From assembly GCF_009914755.1 (NCBI RefSeq), contig NC_060935.1: a DNA stretch of 64,000 bases. One strand, given 5' to 3'. This DNA is from the human T2T-CHM13v2.0 reference genome, Homo sapiens. Both the position numbers and the translations under genes were made by a program. The notes under the pieces are model-generated. The model was not told where the DNA came from. It ran no database searches and worked only from the letters and a program-made list of their open reading frames with translations. This document shows, piece after piece, positions 45,212 to 58,137 of this stretch. Each line of letters opens with the position of its first letter. The stretch's first letter is position 1.

Positions 45212-45994
45212 CTTCGTGGATTTATCTACCTTTGGTCTTTGCTATTGGCGACCTTCGGATGGAGTTTTTGAGTGGTTGTCCTTTTTGTTGATGTTGATGC
45301 TATTGCTTTCTGTTTGTTAGTTTCCTTCTAACAGTCAGGGCCCTCTTCTGCAGGTCTGCTGGAGTTTGCTGGGGGTCCACTCCAGACCCTGTTTGCCCAT
45401 GTATCACCAGTGGAGGCTGAAGAACAGCAAAGATTGCTGCCTGCTCCTTCCTCTGGAAGCTTTGTCCCAGAGGGGCACCTGCCAGATGCCAGCTGGAGCT
45501 CTCCTGTATGAGGTGTCTGTTGACCCCTACTGGGAGGTATCTCCCCATCAGGAGGCAAGGGGATAAGGGACCCACTTGAGGAGGCAGTCTAACCCTTAGC
45601 AGAGCTCGAGCACTGTGCTGGGAGATCCACTGCTCTCTTCAGAGCCAGCAGGCAGGAATGTTTAAGTCTGTTGAAGCTGTGTCCACAGCTGCCCCTTGCC
45701 CTAGATGCTATGTCCCAGGGAGATGGGAGTTTTATCTATAAGCCCCTGACTGGGGCTGCTGCCTTTCTTTCAGAGATGCCCTACCCAGAGAGGAGGAATC
45801 TAGAGAGGCAGTCTGTCTACAGCGGCTTTGCGGCACTGCGGTCACATGTGCTTTCTAATCCTTCCATCAACTTGCTTACTTATGAGTTCCTGCCCGTCCC
45901 TGATCCTCCCTGGGCTGTCCTTGTATGGTGACTCTTGAGTCTTCTGTTGACTACTTCAGAACTTTCCATGTCCTTGGCTCTGCTTTTGGTCATT

Positions 45995-46465
45995 CTTCCA
46001 GTTATCTATTGCTGTATACAAAAACCTATCAAACCTCTAAAAATTAGAGCCTTCAAACAACTCCATTTTGTCATATCACGCAATTTTGTCAGGTATTCAG
46101 GCAAGGATTGGCTGACTGACATCAGCTGGGTCACTTGGTGGTTTTAGCTGGTAGCTAGTCCTCAACCCTTTGCTGGCACCTTGATAAGGATGGCTGGATG
46201 AGTTCTCTACTTCCAAGTAGTCTCAGAGCTTCTCTGTGTGATCTCTCCAGCATGGTAGTTGGACTTACTTGACAGCCCAGGGCTCCCGGGGACCACATTC
46301 TCTTGAAGGTTCAGTAGGTCTGGAGAGAGTGTAGTGTCTCCCCTCACATACTCTAGAGAGCAAAACAATCATAAGGCAGCCCAAATTCAAGGGAAGGAGC
46401 AATAGACTCCACCTCTTGATAAGAAGTGTGTCAGAGAGTTTGTTGCCACTTGAAAGTTATGCTAC
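45995..46465 (-). mobile_element. Old MLT1-type LTR
   Basis: CAGTTATCTATTGCTGTATA start; GCCCAAATTCAAGGGAAGGAGCAATAGACTCCACCTCTTGAT near the end. Confidence 0.75.
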
Positions 46466-46629
46466 CTCTCCATTTTAGAATTGAGAATTTCTTTTCTGTG
46501 GACTCACTGAAGACTACCCTTAGTGCCGATGCCTTGTTCAGCTTTGCTGCTCCCACAAGGGCACTAACATAGTGAAAGGACCACGCTCTACTCTATGGCC
46601 TTTGTTATGACATTTGACATAAGTTTTCT

Positions 46630-47070
46630 TCTACTCTTAAAGAGTAGACGTGGAGCTACACCGTCTAGATTCCTCTTTAAGGACGGGCTTGCTGCCCAGT
46701 TATGGGAAATGCAAATAACAGCCTCTAGCTGCCAGCATCTTCAAGGTCTGCCTCAACTGTGGAGAGGTTTCTTCCCAGATATTATGCCTTTCCTGGGCAG
46801 TCCATGTCCAGCGACTGAGTGAGGCTGGCAAATCAAGGCCTGGTCACTTTGGTCCAGCTGTTTCTTCCTAGGCAATTCTGGCTAGTGACATTTACTCTAG
46901 AGCTCTCCATGGGGTTGATGGAGGCTTTGGCAGACCTGCACTGCAGTTTTACTTCTCCTTTTCCCAAATATGGCTTTCCTGCTCTTCCTTTCAAAGATGC
47001 TGATCCCCAGTACACATCTTGCACACAAGACTGTCTCAGCTTTTGCTTCCAGAGTACCTGGCCTGTGACA
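46630..47070 (+). mobile_element. LTR16-like ERVL LTR
   Basis: 3' end GCTGATCCCCAG...CTTGCACACAAGACTGTCTCAG...TGCTTCCAGAGTACCTGGCCTGTGACA. Confidence 0.65.
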
Positions 47071-47737
47071 TACCTCTATACATACGTATTATGTGTGTGT
47101 CTACCTCTACATACATATAGACATATACACATGTATATCTATACATGCACATACACAACAATCTTATGCACAAATACATAACTATCTTACACACACACAC
47201 ATATATATTTTAACTCAAAACACAAAAGCTTTAATTATTTTTGCAAAAAGCAAGCCATCTATTCACCTTGGAAATAATAATAAAGTACAAACAGCTTTGA
47301 CTCTGCATTCGGACAAGGGTGAACCATGATAGATATTTAAGAAGTGTTTTAAATCATGCGTATGGTGGCTACAGAGTAAAAGGAACAGAGAAGACTGAAG
47401 CTATTGTCAGGTGTGTATATGTCATCAGCACACAGTGGGGGAGGAGGGTCCTCACTAAGTGCCACTAGCCCTGGTAGCTAGTTAGTTTGTCATGAAGCAC
47501 CATGATCTGGCATGGACCCCCAGCTGCCACTTGAGAGAAGGTCTTCATAGCAGACTGTGCATCCGTGTCACAGAAGATGGCTGCAATGAAAAACAGTGTT
47601 CATTTTTTGCCCTTCCATATGTACAAATGTGTGATCCAAGCAAGGAAAGTTGAGGATGGAGAACACTAGCCTTCACCATCAGTTCCCCTGCTGAAGCCTT
47701 CTCCAACAGCCCTGAGGTCTGAGAGCCTAATGAAGTC

Positions 47738-47775
47738 TATGTATATGTGTATATACACACACATGTGTGTGTGTA

Positions 47776-47811
<36 letters not shown>

Positions 47812-47850
47812 CACATATATATATATATACACACACACACATACACACAC
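47738..47850. repeat. (TG)n(TA)n(CA)n self-complementary microsatellite
   Basis: Directly visible. Confidence 0.95.
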
Positions 47851-49416
47851 AAATTGGTACCAATTTGGGTCTCCAAAAAGATGACTCTGTTCCTGTCCAG
47901 GGCTAATCACTTCTAGTTGACATGGGTTGTTTCTGTATACCCTGTACATCATTCCTCCATAGTTTGTTGGTGAAAGTACCATTCCTTCTGTGTGGGACTG
48001 AGGAAGTGCTCCTCCATCCATCCATATGTTTCTAATGGAAACTACCAATCACAATGCTTCACCTTCTCCCTTTTACCCCAACCATAGGGCAGAACACAAA
48101 ACAGACTGGGCCAATCAGAGTCCTTATAGCATTTAACTGGAGTTGGGGAGAAACCCTTTCTTTTCTGATGGAAAAGTTGAAAAGATATGTACCAGAGGCA
48201 ATATTTAGAATGAGTCTAGCCTATGCTAGTCTTTATATGACAGAAGAGCATACAGAAGGTACCTAGAGAGCAGCAAAAATGAGCCCATGATTCTGGAGGC
48301 ATCGAGTCTCTGGGTACAGCCATTGCCAGCTACATTCCTACTTTAACTGGTTATGTAAGCCAATGTATTCCCATTTTGGCCTAAGTTTGTAGATGAGGTA
48401 TTCTGTCACTTGCAACTAAGATTCCTATTAAATATGCCCCTCTAGTTGTGCTCTGTATTCTGTTTTTCTTTGCTTTTTAGGACCTTTCATCTTCAATAAT
48501 CCCATCTTGTAGTGCCTTTATTCTGTTCCTCTTGACTGGATGCACAGAACAAATACAGATCTCACCAATGGTGGATAGAAGACCACCCATTGAATCCCCA
48601 GTTTTTTTTTTAGCTACATTTCTACTTTCAGCTTTTGCTGCATGGCTAGATTTATTTCAATAGGGGGCCATACACACCCTTATATCTTCACTATATTCTC
48701 TTAATCTCCTATAATGTGTCTTCTGTCATAACCTTTCTAATTAAACCAGTTATCTGCTAACGGCCACAACAACCTTTCCTCAGTCTCTTTATCTTGATCT
48801 ATTTCTGGCATATGACACTATTAATCACTCACAGCCTTTCCACCCCCTGGTAAGACATGGTCTTGAACTTCTCTTCCTAGAGACCCCACATTCCACTGGC
48901 ATTCCTGAGGAGCAGGGTTCTGGTAGAGTCATGAGGGAGGAGTTTCAGAGCATAAGAAAGGAGGAGATTCAACTCTACTTCAGAGGCAAGAGGAAGAGCC
49001 ATAGAGATGGTTGGAAGAGCAGTGATAGAAATTGAGGGAACTTGGCTAAGTGCGTGGAAGACAAGGTAGAAATGTCAAACTTAAAGAAAGTGGGTAAATG
49101 TTAGAAATATTGTAAAGAACGAATTAGCAAGTCCAAAAGAAACAAATAGTATGGTTTTAAACTAGCATCAAGGGTCCAGATATGATAAGTAGCTTGGACT
49201 TGATCAGCACAATTTCATAGTTTTTTCCCCAAGTCCCAGAAAACAAATGGCAATTGCAGGCTTAGAGGCATCATGATAATGGCAGACTAGGGTCCAGACT
49301 GATTGAAAGTGAGGCCAGAAGAGGCTCTAGACATCCACACCAGGCAAATATTACATTAGCAATTTTGAGGGAATAGAAAATGTAATGGTAAGGAAGTGAA
49401 GCCGAAATATCTTAGA

Positions 49417-49705
49417 GGCCAGGTGTGGTGGCTCATGCCTTTAATCCCAGCAATTTGGGAAGCCATGGCTAGCGGATCACTTGAGGTCAGGAGTTCAAGA
49501 CCAGCCTGGCCAACATGGCGAAACCCCGTCTCTACTGAAAATACAAAAATTAGCCAGGCATGATGGTGCACACCTGTAATCCCAGCTACTTGGGAAGCTG
49601 AGGCAGGAAATTGCTTGAACCCGGGAGACGGAGGTTTCAGTGAGCCGAGATTGTGCCATTGCCTCCAGCCTGGGTGACAGGGCGAGACTTCATCTAAAAT
49701 AATAA

Positions 49706-49746
<41 letters not shown>
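49417..49746 (+). mobile_element. AluS (Sx/Sz-like) with (TAAA)n tail
   Basis: Full dimer from GGCCAGGTGTGGTGGCTCA; TSD AATATCTTAGA on both sides. Confidence 0.95.
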
Positions 49747-49749
<3 letters not shown>

Positions 49750-49807
49750 ATCTTAGAGAAGAAAAGCTCCAGTTGATGGCATGATCCATAATGTGGCCAT
49801 ACTTAGC

Positions 49808-50013
49808 ATTGTGGTTCTCAGACTTTAATGCATCAGAATCACCTGGAAAGCCTGTTAAAGCAGAAATTGCTTTAACAGGTTTTAACATCATGTCTCACCC
49901 CTAGGGATTCTGATTCAACAAGTCTAGGGTGACTCCTGAGAATCCACATATTTGACAAGTTTCCAGATGATGCTGATGCTATTGGTCCAAGGACCGTGCT
50001 TTGAGAGCCACTG
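49808..50013. mobile_element. MER5A (hAT-Charlie MITE)
   Basis: GTGGTTCTCAGACTT...GCATCAGAATCACCTGG...GATGCTGATGCT...CTTTGAGAGCCACTG. Confidence 0.88.
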
Positions 50014-53000
50014 ATTTTGTGATGAGAAACAGAGAGGAGGTGAAAGTCCTTGATGTTGAGGAGGTTGAGATCCTGTGAGGCCAAGGTCATCAACCATCAA
50101 TATATGGTTAGTGTGCTGATGGAATCTAATGTGAACAGGTGCTCAAGGCATCAAAGTTCAGAAGATGACATGACGAAGTGAGGGAAGAGTGTTGCAAAGG
50201 AGGAGGGCTCTTGTACAATGGCTGCTGAACAATGCCCCACAGGGAAGACTGGGGAAGAAAAAACAGATTCTTTAGGAAAGGCATTTGAGATCCATTTTAT
50301 AGTTAAGGAAAAGCCATGTGTCTGTTAAGACAGTGGGGTGGAAAGAATGCTTGTGTAAGAACTTGAGTCTATGTGGGAGTTTATTCTTTAAGCAGAGCAG
50401 GATTCCACAGGACACTAAAGAAGGGGCTAGTTGAAAAGATGGGATGAAATAGGAGGGGTGGAAGGAAAACTGATTTGGATGCAATTGGGATGACTGATGG
50501 GAAAGTAGGGGGGAAAAGCCAAGGTGGGTGAGGTCTGTGCTTAGGCTGGAAGTATGGATACTGGAGCTGAAGGAAGATTGCGTTTGGGGCCATAGTAAGG
50601 TTGCAGACCTGTGTTAGTCATCAGGGGAGGAGATTGCTGACGAGGCATTCTACCTTCATTGTGGGAATTTGAACCACCCGTCTGTCCTGTTGCATGGGTG
50701 TTCACCTATGTCTGTTTTTGCTTTGACAAGGTCTGCTTAGCTTCTAATAAGCATAATGTGATTGAGTGGAAGGTGGGCAAAGGGGCTATAGGTGTAGCCA
50801 GGCTAAGGCTATGCCTGTATGGATTTTACTTTTTTACCCTACAAGCTTTGTAGTATAGTGGGCACAAGTAAACATTTGTTGAAATCTTTGATCCATACAA
50901 CTGATGCCTTTTACTATCAACATTGTTGCATAGTGTGGCCTGTGTCTGATTGCATATGACACTGGGTTAAGAACTGAAACAGGAGAATTCTAGGCTCATC
51001 TTAGAGGTCCAGTGAGTAGAAGAAACATTTTGAAGCAGACATAGCATTGGTCACTGCTAAAATGGAAAGATGACTGAGCAAAGAATCAAGACCTTGTTTC
51101 CACTCTTTTTGTGACTTTGGTGGTGTTTGGCTCTGTAGTTTTTAAGGACCCTTACAATTGGAGACAATATTGTATAGCAGAAAGAAAGTGGCCTTAAAAT
51201 TGGCTAGACTGTGATCCTCATCCCTCTGTAGATCTTGGAGAGGTTACCCCATCTGGTTTTCAATGTCTTCATTTTTAAATGAAAAAAAAAAAAGGAAAGA
51301 ATGAAAGATAACTGATCGTATAGGAATATTGCAAAGATCCTAGCGCATTCCTGGGGACATATTAAGTGCTCAATAATATAACTTACTTTTTTTTCTTTTC
51401 TTCTGCAGTCTCCACTTTTACCTTTACAATTTTACACATTTTTTAGGGGTCACGGAAATAATATCACACTGTGTGGAGCACAGGGTGTAGTTGAGCTGTA
51501 TCCTCCCCCGAAGTGCCCACCTCATTACACAAGACTTCTAACTGCTGTGGGAGTAATTTTCTTATTTGACAGGAAGTTTCCTCCATATAATTAGCTCCAT
51601 TTTCATGCTGTACGTGCTTATAAAGCAGAACTTGGATGTTCTAGAAAGGGAAAGCTTCTCAGAAAAACAGAGATTACATTTCCCCATACGTATGTATGCA
51701 CAAGTTTGAAATTAAGAGGAAAGGACTTTTGCCAAGTCTACATTGTGCTTGGACACTTGTTCTGAACCTAGAAATTTTTGGCAGCTCTCATCCTATGCAC
51801 CTCCCTTAATGTGTCCTTGGACGGGATGTACGTTGGAAATTCATAGTTTATTTTCCCCATGCTTCATCTTTGTGCATTTCCCTGATGGTGTCAATTAGCA
51901 AAAAAAGGGGAAGGCCTTCATTTCCAATGTTTGCCACTTCTTGGTGAGTGCATGCTGGCAATAACTTTCTCTGACAGCATGAATGCTTTAAAACTTTGTT
52001 TCAAAACAGTTTGAAGAAAACCCTATTTATAACAGACTCTGTGTAAACTTTGACTCTCCCAGAAAAACTTGGGTAAAACTCACCAAATGAACTGAAGATG
52101 TAGGGAGGAACACAGCCATACTTGCTATGTATTTCTCTCCTATTTTGGGACTTTGGGTGGGGGCTCGGGGGAAGAATGACTCCTTGTGCAGTAAAGAACT
52201 TATCGAAGGTGCACTAAGGTTTGCGCACTATGAATTGCTACAATAAAATTGAGACTCTAGCAGAAACCTTCTATGGCAATTCAGTTGAAGAAGAAATAAG
52301 GACCTAGTGAGCTGGCACCCTCTTTCACTCAATATGTAAATGTGGCTGCTGTCAGCGCATGATTTACTTAGGCCTGCCTTGTTTTGTTTCTGTCATAGAA
52401 TGTTTCTCTTTGAGATTCCTTGAGTTAGACGCTGCAAGTCAGGAAAATAAATTTATATCGGATGAGCAAGAGGGAGTTGGCTTGATACTTCTTCTTATAG
52501 CAGTGTTTGTGTGTGCATTTTTCAAAGGATACAATTCTGATTCCAGGGATTATTTTCGTTATGTTTTGATGGAAGACGGAGCTTGGTAGAAGAGGTAGGG
52601 GGAGCAAAAAAAATCTGAACAAAGTGGGCTTTACTGTTTGAAGGGGACGCATGTGACCCCATTCCTTCACCACAATCGTCTTTTGCAGTGGTGCATTTTT
52701 GCAATGGGGAGCTAGGTTTGTCATATCTTCAATACCAATGTGATGGCCGAGTTCTTCTCTTAAGAGAGGAATTTAGAGAAACACCACCCCTAAGCGCCTC
52801 TAGGGTTACAGGCCTAAGGACTCTTGAGTATAAGGAGGTGCCAAGTAGCAGGCGAACAAAGACTGGGATGTGCAGCCTCTTTCTGGACTGTCTGCATCCT
52901 CCCTCCCTTTATCCTGGCGCTACCCTTGCCTTTGCTATTTTGCTTTCTGATGCATTTGGGGCTCCTAAACACACTGGTCCCACAGAAAGAGGCGAAGCTG

Positions 53001-53099
53001 GCATTTGCGTGGCTCCTCTTGTCTTCTGCAGGCTCCGTTCCCAGAACAGGTTGGCCTGGTTCAGGGTCTTCCATTCAAGAGCACCAAAGCAATCCACAT

Positions 53100-53500
53100 C
53101 TTCACTCCGAGGTCCCAGGGCAGCCCCCGGCGAGGCGGGTCGTCCGAGTTGCCCCTCGAGCTCTCCGAAGAGGCAGCCCTTAGCCTCGGAGCTCGGGGTA
53201 GTCCGAGCAGTCCTCGCCTACACTGCGCAGCAGACACTCCTTCCTCCATGACTGTTCAAGGGCGGGGGTGGGGAGGGAGGAACGAGCAGGCCATGAATAT
53301 TTAATCGGGGAAAAGTAGGAGCACATTATTTGGATAAACTACTTAATAGCAGGGCTAGCCCCTCCTCAGACGGGGGTAGGTGCCGCATCGCCAGCCTAGC
53401 ACCAGACGCCTGCGCGCTTTCATCTTTAATCGTCTCTTCTCCGTTTCCTTTGAGTGGGGATATAAGAAGGCTCCTGTCTCCCCATCAAACCGCATCTCTA
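53100..53500. promoter_or_regulatory. CpG-island-like element (candidate orphan CGI promoter/enhancer)
   Basis: About 25 CpGs hand-counted in ~390 bp of non-repeat DNA against a depleted background; GC box GGGCGGGG (~53260), TGCGCAG and TGCGCGC NRF1-like sites, TATA-like TATAAGA at 53461. Confidence 0.65.
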
Positions 53501-53813
53501 ATTTAAACAGCTGTTAATAAGGGTTAAATCTGCAGGCTGAGCTGGCCCTTCACTTGTTACTTGCAAAGGGGGAAAAATCAATGGAGCAGGAAGCCAGAGG
53601 GGCGTCCATTTTGAAAAGCTGTAATGAATTACGTCTCCTTAGCAAAGCTGGCAACCTCCAGGCCTGCTCCCACAGCCTGCCTTTCACATATCCGAGCCCT
53701 CTGTGACACATCAGATTTAATGAGACTGCACAGATCTCAAATAAGGAAGGGGAGCGCTGCTGCTGTTGCTGCTGGGGCACTTTATTGAGGAGGATCAGAG
53801 AAAACTCGCTTGC

Positions 53814-53845
<32 letters not shown>

Positions 53846-55070
53846 AAAGGCAAAGGATATTTTTGGGGGAATAGGAGGAGGTCCCTGATTCGGTGTTTCA
53901 GGTCCCCTCTGGAGCATTTTAACAATCTAATTCAATGTGAGCTTTTGGGTGTCAACATTAGCAAACAGGCCTCCAAACCTCAGGACCATCGAAGACCAAG
54001 AGGATTGTGGAAGGTAATTAGGGACATTTTGAGTTAAGCCACCTCCCATCCCCCTTCCCAAGACCACTAAAGGCAAAAAGAGATGCTCTGTAGCTGTCTT
54101 TCCACGCGATGAATCACCTTCGTAACTACATTTTCCAAATCAGTAATTAAATCTCTTATTTGGCCAAATAGGACTGCATATTTGCAGACAATGGGGAAGA
54201 AATCTTGAAATCTAGAAAATTCGGCATATGTATTGCATATAGGTTTAGGAGAGAGCATTATCTGGGCATCGACAGACTTTGGTTCAAGTGTTGGCCCTGT
54301 TGCCAATTCACGTATCTTCTGTAATTAAATACTATAGCCTGGATCTTCAATTGTTTATTAAATGAGAGGGTGAGGATAATCTATAATTCTACATTGAGAT
54401 TTAGAACCCAGGGTCAGTCTTGAAAAACAAAAAAAGACCATAATGCTAAGCCAATAAACACTGTGTGAGCCAGACACATCTCCTGGGAAAAGCAACATAT
54501 CTCTTTGGTGAGTCCTTTCTCAACTGTCCTAGAAAAACTATTCTGGCATGCAAAGTCCAGGTACGGCATTCCAGACCCTCTTTTTCCTCTCCTACTCTCT
54601 ATTGACAAGAAGATTTTTCTTATGCCCCGTGTAAGAAAAATCATAATAAGATGACAGCTGACATTTATAGCACTATTATCACATGCCAAGCACTGGGGCC
54701 GAATGACTTACGAGCATTATATTGAGAGACATGGTAGATAAGAGCACAGACAGAAGCAGGATCACTGCTGAGTTCACATCACCACCATGCCACTTCTAGC
54801 TGTGTGATCTTGGGCAAGTTAATTAATTAGCAGTGCCTGGCACATAGTAGGTGCTATACAAGTGCTAATTTTAATTTCAAAACATTCCTATGGTGCAGGT
54901 ATGATAATCTCCATTTTGCAGATAGGAGCTTATGGCTCAACAACCTGCTTGAGGTCACCTAGCCGATGAGTAGCTGTGCTAGGAATAAAAGCCAGTCCTG
55001 TCTGCCTCAAAAGCCTGAGCTCTCAGTCAGTACTCTCATGTTCCAGTTGTGGTCTTTTTAAAAAGTCTTT

Positions 55071-55622
55071 ATTCAGAGCCGTGTGAACCAGAGCAACTCC
55101 ATCTTGAATGGGGCTGGGTAAAATGAGGCTGAGACCTACTGGGCTGCATTCCCAGATGGTTAAGGTGTTCTAAGTCACAGGATGAGACAGAGGTCAGCAC
55201 AAGATACAGGTCATAAAGACCTTGCTGATAAAACAGGTTGCAATAAAGAAGCCAGCTATACCCTCCCAAAACCAAGATAGCAACGAAAGTGACCTCTGGT
55301 TGTCCTCACTGCTGCACTCCCACCAGCTCCACGACAGTTTACAAATGCCATGGCAACATCAGGAAGTTACCCTATATGGTCTAAAAAGGGGAGGCATGAA
55401 TAATCCACCCCTTGTTTAGCATATAATCAAGAAATAACTATAAAAATAGGCAACCAGCAGCCCTCGGGGCTGCTCTGTCTATGGAGTAGCCATTCTTTTG
55501 TTCCTTTACTTTCTTAATAAACTTGCTTTCACTTTACTCTATGGACTCGCCCTGAATTCTTTCTTGCACGAGGTCCAAGAACCCTCTGTGGTGATCTGGA
55601 TTGGGACCCCTTTCTTGTAACA
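55071..55622 (+). mobile_element. MER41A ERV1 solo LTR
   Basis: GAACCAGAGCAACTCCATCTTGAAT start; GGGAGGCATGAATAATCCACCCC (A-type, no GAS tandem); AATAAA; ends GTAACA; ~552 bp. Confidence 0.92.
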
Positions 55623-57783
55623 TTTGTGCTTTAGTGGAAGTAAACTCACCCACCATTGTTAGAGTAGAAACTGTTATTCTGCCTTCTTCAACCTCGCTTT
55701 CTCAAACTCTCGGGCTTTTCTTTGCCCAGCCCTTCTAGCTTTTCTTTTCAGCCTCTTTTTGGTAGGTTTGCATCATATTTCCTGTTTCAATCTCTGTCCT
55801 CATTTGCATGGCCTTTTCTTTGAGGTCACTGCATCTTTTCCTTGAGATTCCATTTTGAGACCTGCTTTAAATGTCTCCCTCTGTGCCATTGGTTAGGTGA
55901 GGAGGGAAGCAGGCCTGCAAAGAAGGATGGGGGTAGGCCCAATGTTCCCAATTGGAATTGAAAAAGAACCAACTCATCAGGTAGGTCTGAATCACTTTGC
56001 ATACCAAATGTCAACTTTCCCAAGCACGGAGTCCCAGAAGAAGGAGTTGGAAGGAAGGATCGCACCTATTCCACATGAATATGGAGAAAAGGCCCTGGAG
56101 GATGGGTAGGTGAGGTTAGAAAATGTAGCATTGTGACACTGTGGCCTTATTCGAAGAATACTCTAGAGGAGACCAGTGAAATTATCGTCTTAGTTCTTTG
56201 GGCATAATATTTCACTTATTTTCTTCCCAGTTAAAAATTAATATAGATTGTTCAAACTCAAGAGTCCAAAAAGTTATGCCAAGGTGGTGAAGTCAGCTGC
56301 TTGGTCTGTCAATTCCCTGGCTTCATACTTTAGCTCATGGTCTGATTTCATCTCTGGGTAGACAGAAGAGAGACAACTTATGCATATAGTTTGCAATTTA
56401 CTTATTTAAAAGTATGTTTTCTTTGTGTTCTGTGTCTTTGTATGTGCATCCTGATTCTGCCCATACCTCCCTCTTAGTGTTGAAGCTTCCTGCGTGTTAA
56501 GACCACCTTATCTCTACTTTCCTCTGTGTCCTCTGGCTCCTGCTTCAATAACAGGCCCTATCTGTATCGACTGTTTGCTTGGAAAAGTGTTTCTTGGTAT
56601 AACTGTTTCCAGAGAGGACTTTCCTCTTTTTTCTGCCCTTTCTGGTTCTCATCACTCAATTCTGGCAGTGAGTAGACTCTAAATAGATCTTGGTTTTGGG
56701 AGTTACTCAGATTGGGATGAACACACTCTACATCTAGGGGTAAGACCAAATTAATTAGATGGTGTGGGTTGTAGCAAGTCTTATCAACTGATGTAGAGAA
56801 CTAGATGGGGCTTCCTCTGATTTGGAGCTAGAAACTGAGCAAAAGGCAGAGATCTGATAATGTCATTCAGGAATACCCTAACAATTTCAATAAACTGGTG
56901 GAACATAGAGACCACAATAGTAAGAGTGCCACTGAACTCTGAAGCACTAAGGAATGGCTTAATCCTGCGTTTTCTTTGGCCATATTATTTCTGACTAATG
57001 AAGTGGGGGATGTAAAAGGAAAGCAACATCAAGAATACAGATAGATTTAATGCCAGGGAAATCTGGGTCTCTAAGTATAAGAAATTATCGAATATGGAAC
57101 CAGTATACTGGGTCTTGGAACAAAGTAAATTCTCAAGGTTTGTTTGACCTGATGTTTCCTGCAAATATTCCACACCATTCACGTATTTTCTTTCTCACCT
57201 AGAGTTGAGAGGTGGATGATTTGAGCCTCTCATGTTGACAAAGTATCAACATTTTAGCAGAGAGAAGATAATGAATGTTTGTATTTATGTTTTCGTAGCT
57301 GTGAGTTCATAGTCCCCAATTGTGGCACTGCGATTTAAAGTGGAACACCACAAAGTTCAAAGTTAGCTTCTCACAGAACCACCACTACTCTGTCTAGGCT
57401 GGAAGTGGTTTCTGGGCCTCTAACAGTGGTACATTTGGAACGAATCATAATACAACATACCTTGATTGTCTCTTGGTGTGTAAAGCCCTTAGCACATTGC
57501 TTGATACATAGCAAGTACTCAATAAGGGTAACCATAATCACTATGGAGAATATTCATGAAGGATAGCGTAACAAGCTAGTTGCAAAAGAACTTTGCAAAA
57601 TAGCTTCTTGCTGCAGAACTGTAGAGATCCAGAAATAGTAACTTGGCATTTCTGACTCATCTTTAGCTTTATGATGAAAAAAATAAACAAACAAATAAAA
57701 ACAACCCAACAAAACTAATGGATCAATTCTATGATTTTACAACTGGTCAGTTTTATGAAAAATATTTTTACGTGTAAAAGAAC

Positions 57784-58137
57784 TGTCTGAGTTCATTTTC
57801 TGCTGCTAGAACAGAATACCACAAACTGAGTAATTTATAATGAACAAAAATGTATTTGTTGTGTGGTTCTAGAGGCTGGGAAGTCCAAGAGCATGGCACT
57901 AGCATCTTGCGAGGGCCTTCATGCTGCATCATAGTATGGCAGAAGGCAGAAGGTGGAAGTGAGCATGTGAGACAGAGAGAAAAAAGGGGGTGAACTCTTG
58001 AGATAATGGCATTAAGCTATTTATAAGGGTGAAGCCCTCATGACTTAATCACCTCTTAGAGGTCCCACCTTCTAATACTGTCACAGTGGCAACTACATTT
58101 CAACATGAGTTTTGGATGGGACATTAAAACCATAACA
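57784..58137 (-). mobile_element. MST-family MaLR solo LTR
   Basis: TGTCTGAGTTCATTTTCTGCTGCTAGAACAGAATACCACA...ATTTCAACATGAGTTTTGG...AAACCATAACA. Confidence 0.88.

Noticed and set aside
52688-53251. 187-aa ORF overlapping the CpG patch
   Set aside because: It starts at GTG, has no recognisable domain, and other frames on both strands are also open, as expected in GC-rich DNA
57573-57605. Short hairpin AGCTAGTTGCAAA...TTTGCAAAATAGCT
   Set aside because: Too short for a pre-miRNA and within chance expectation
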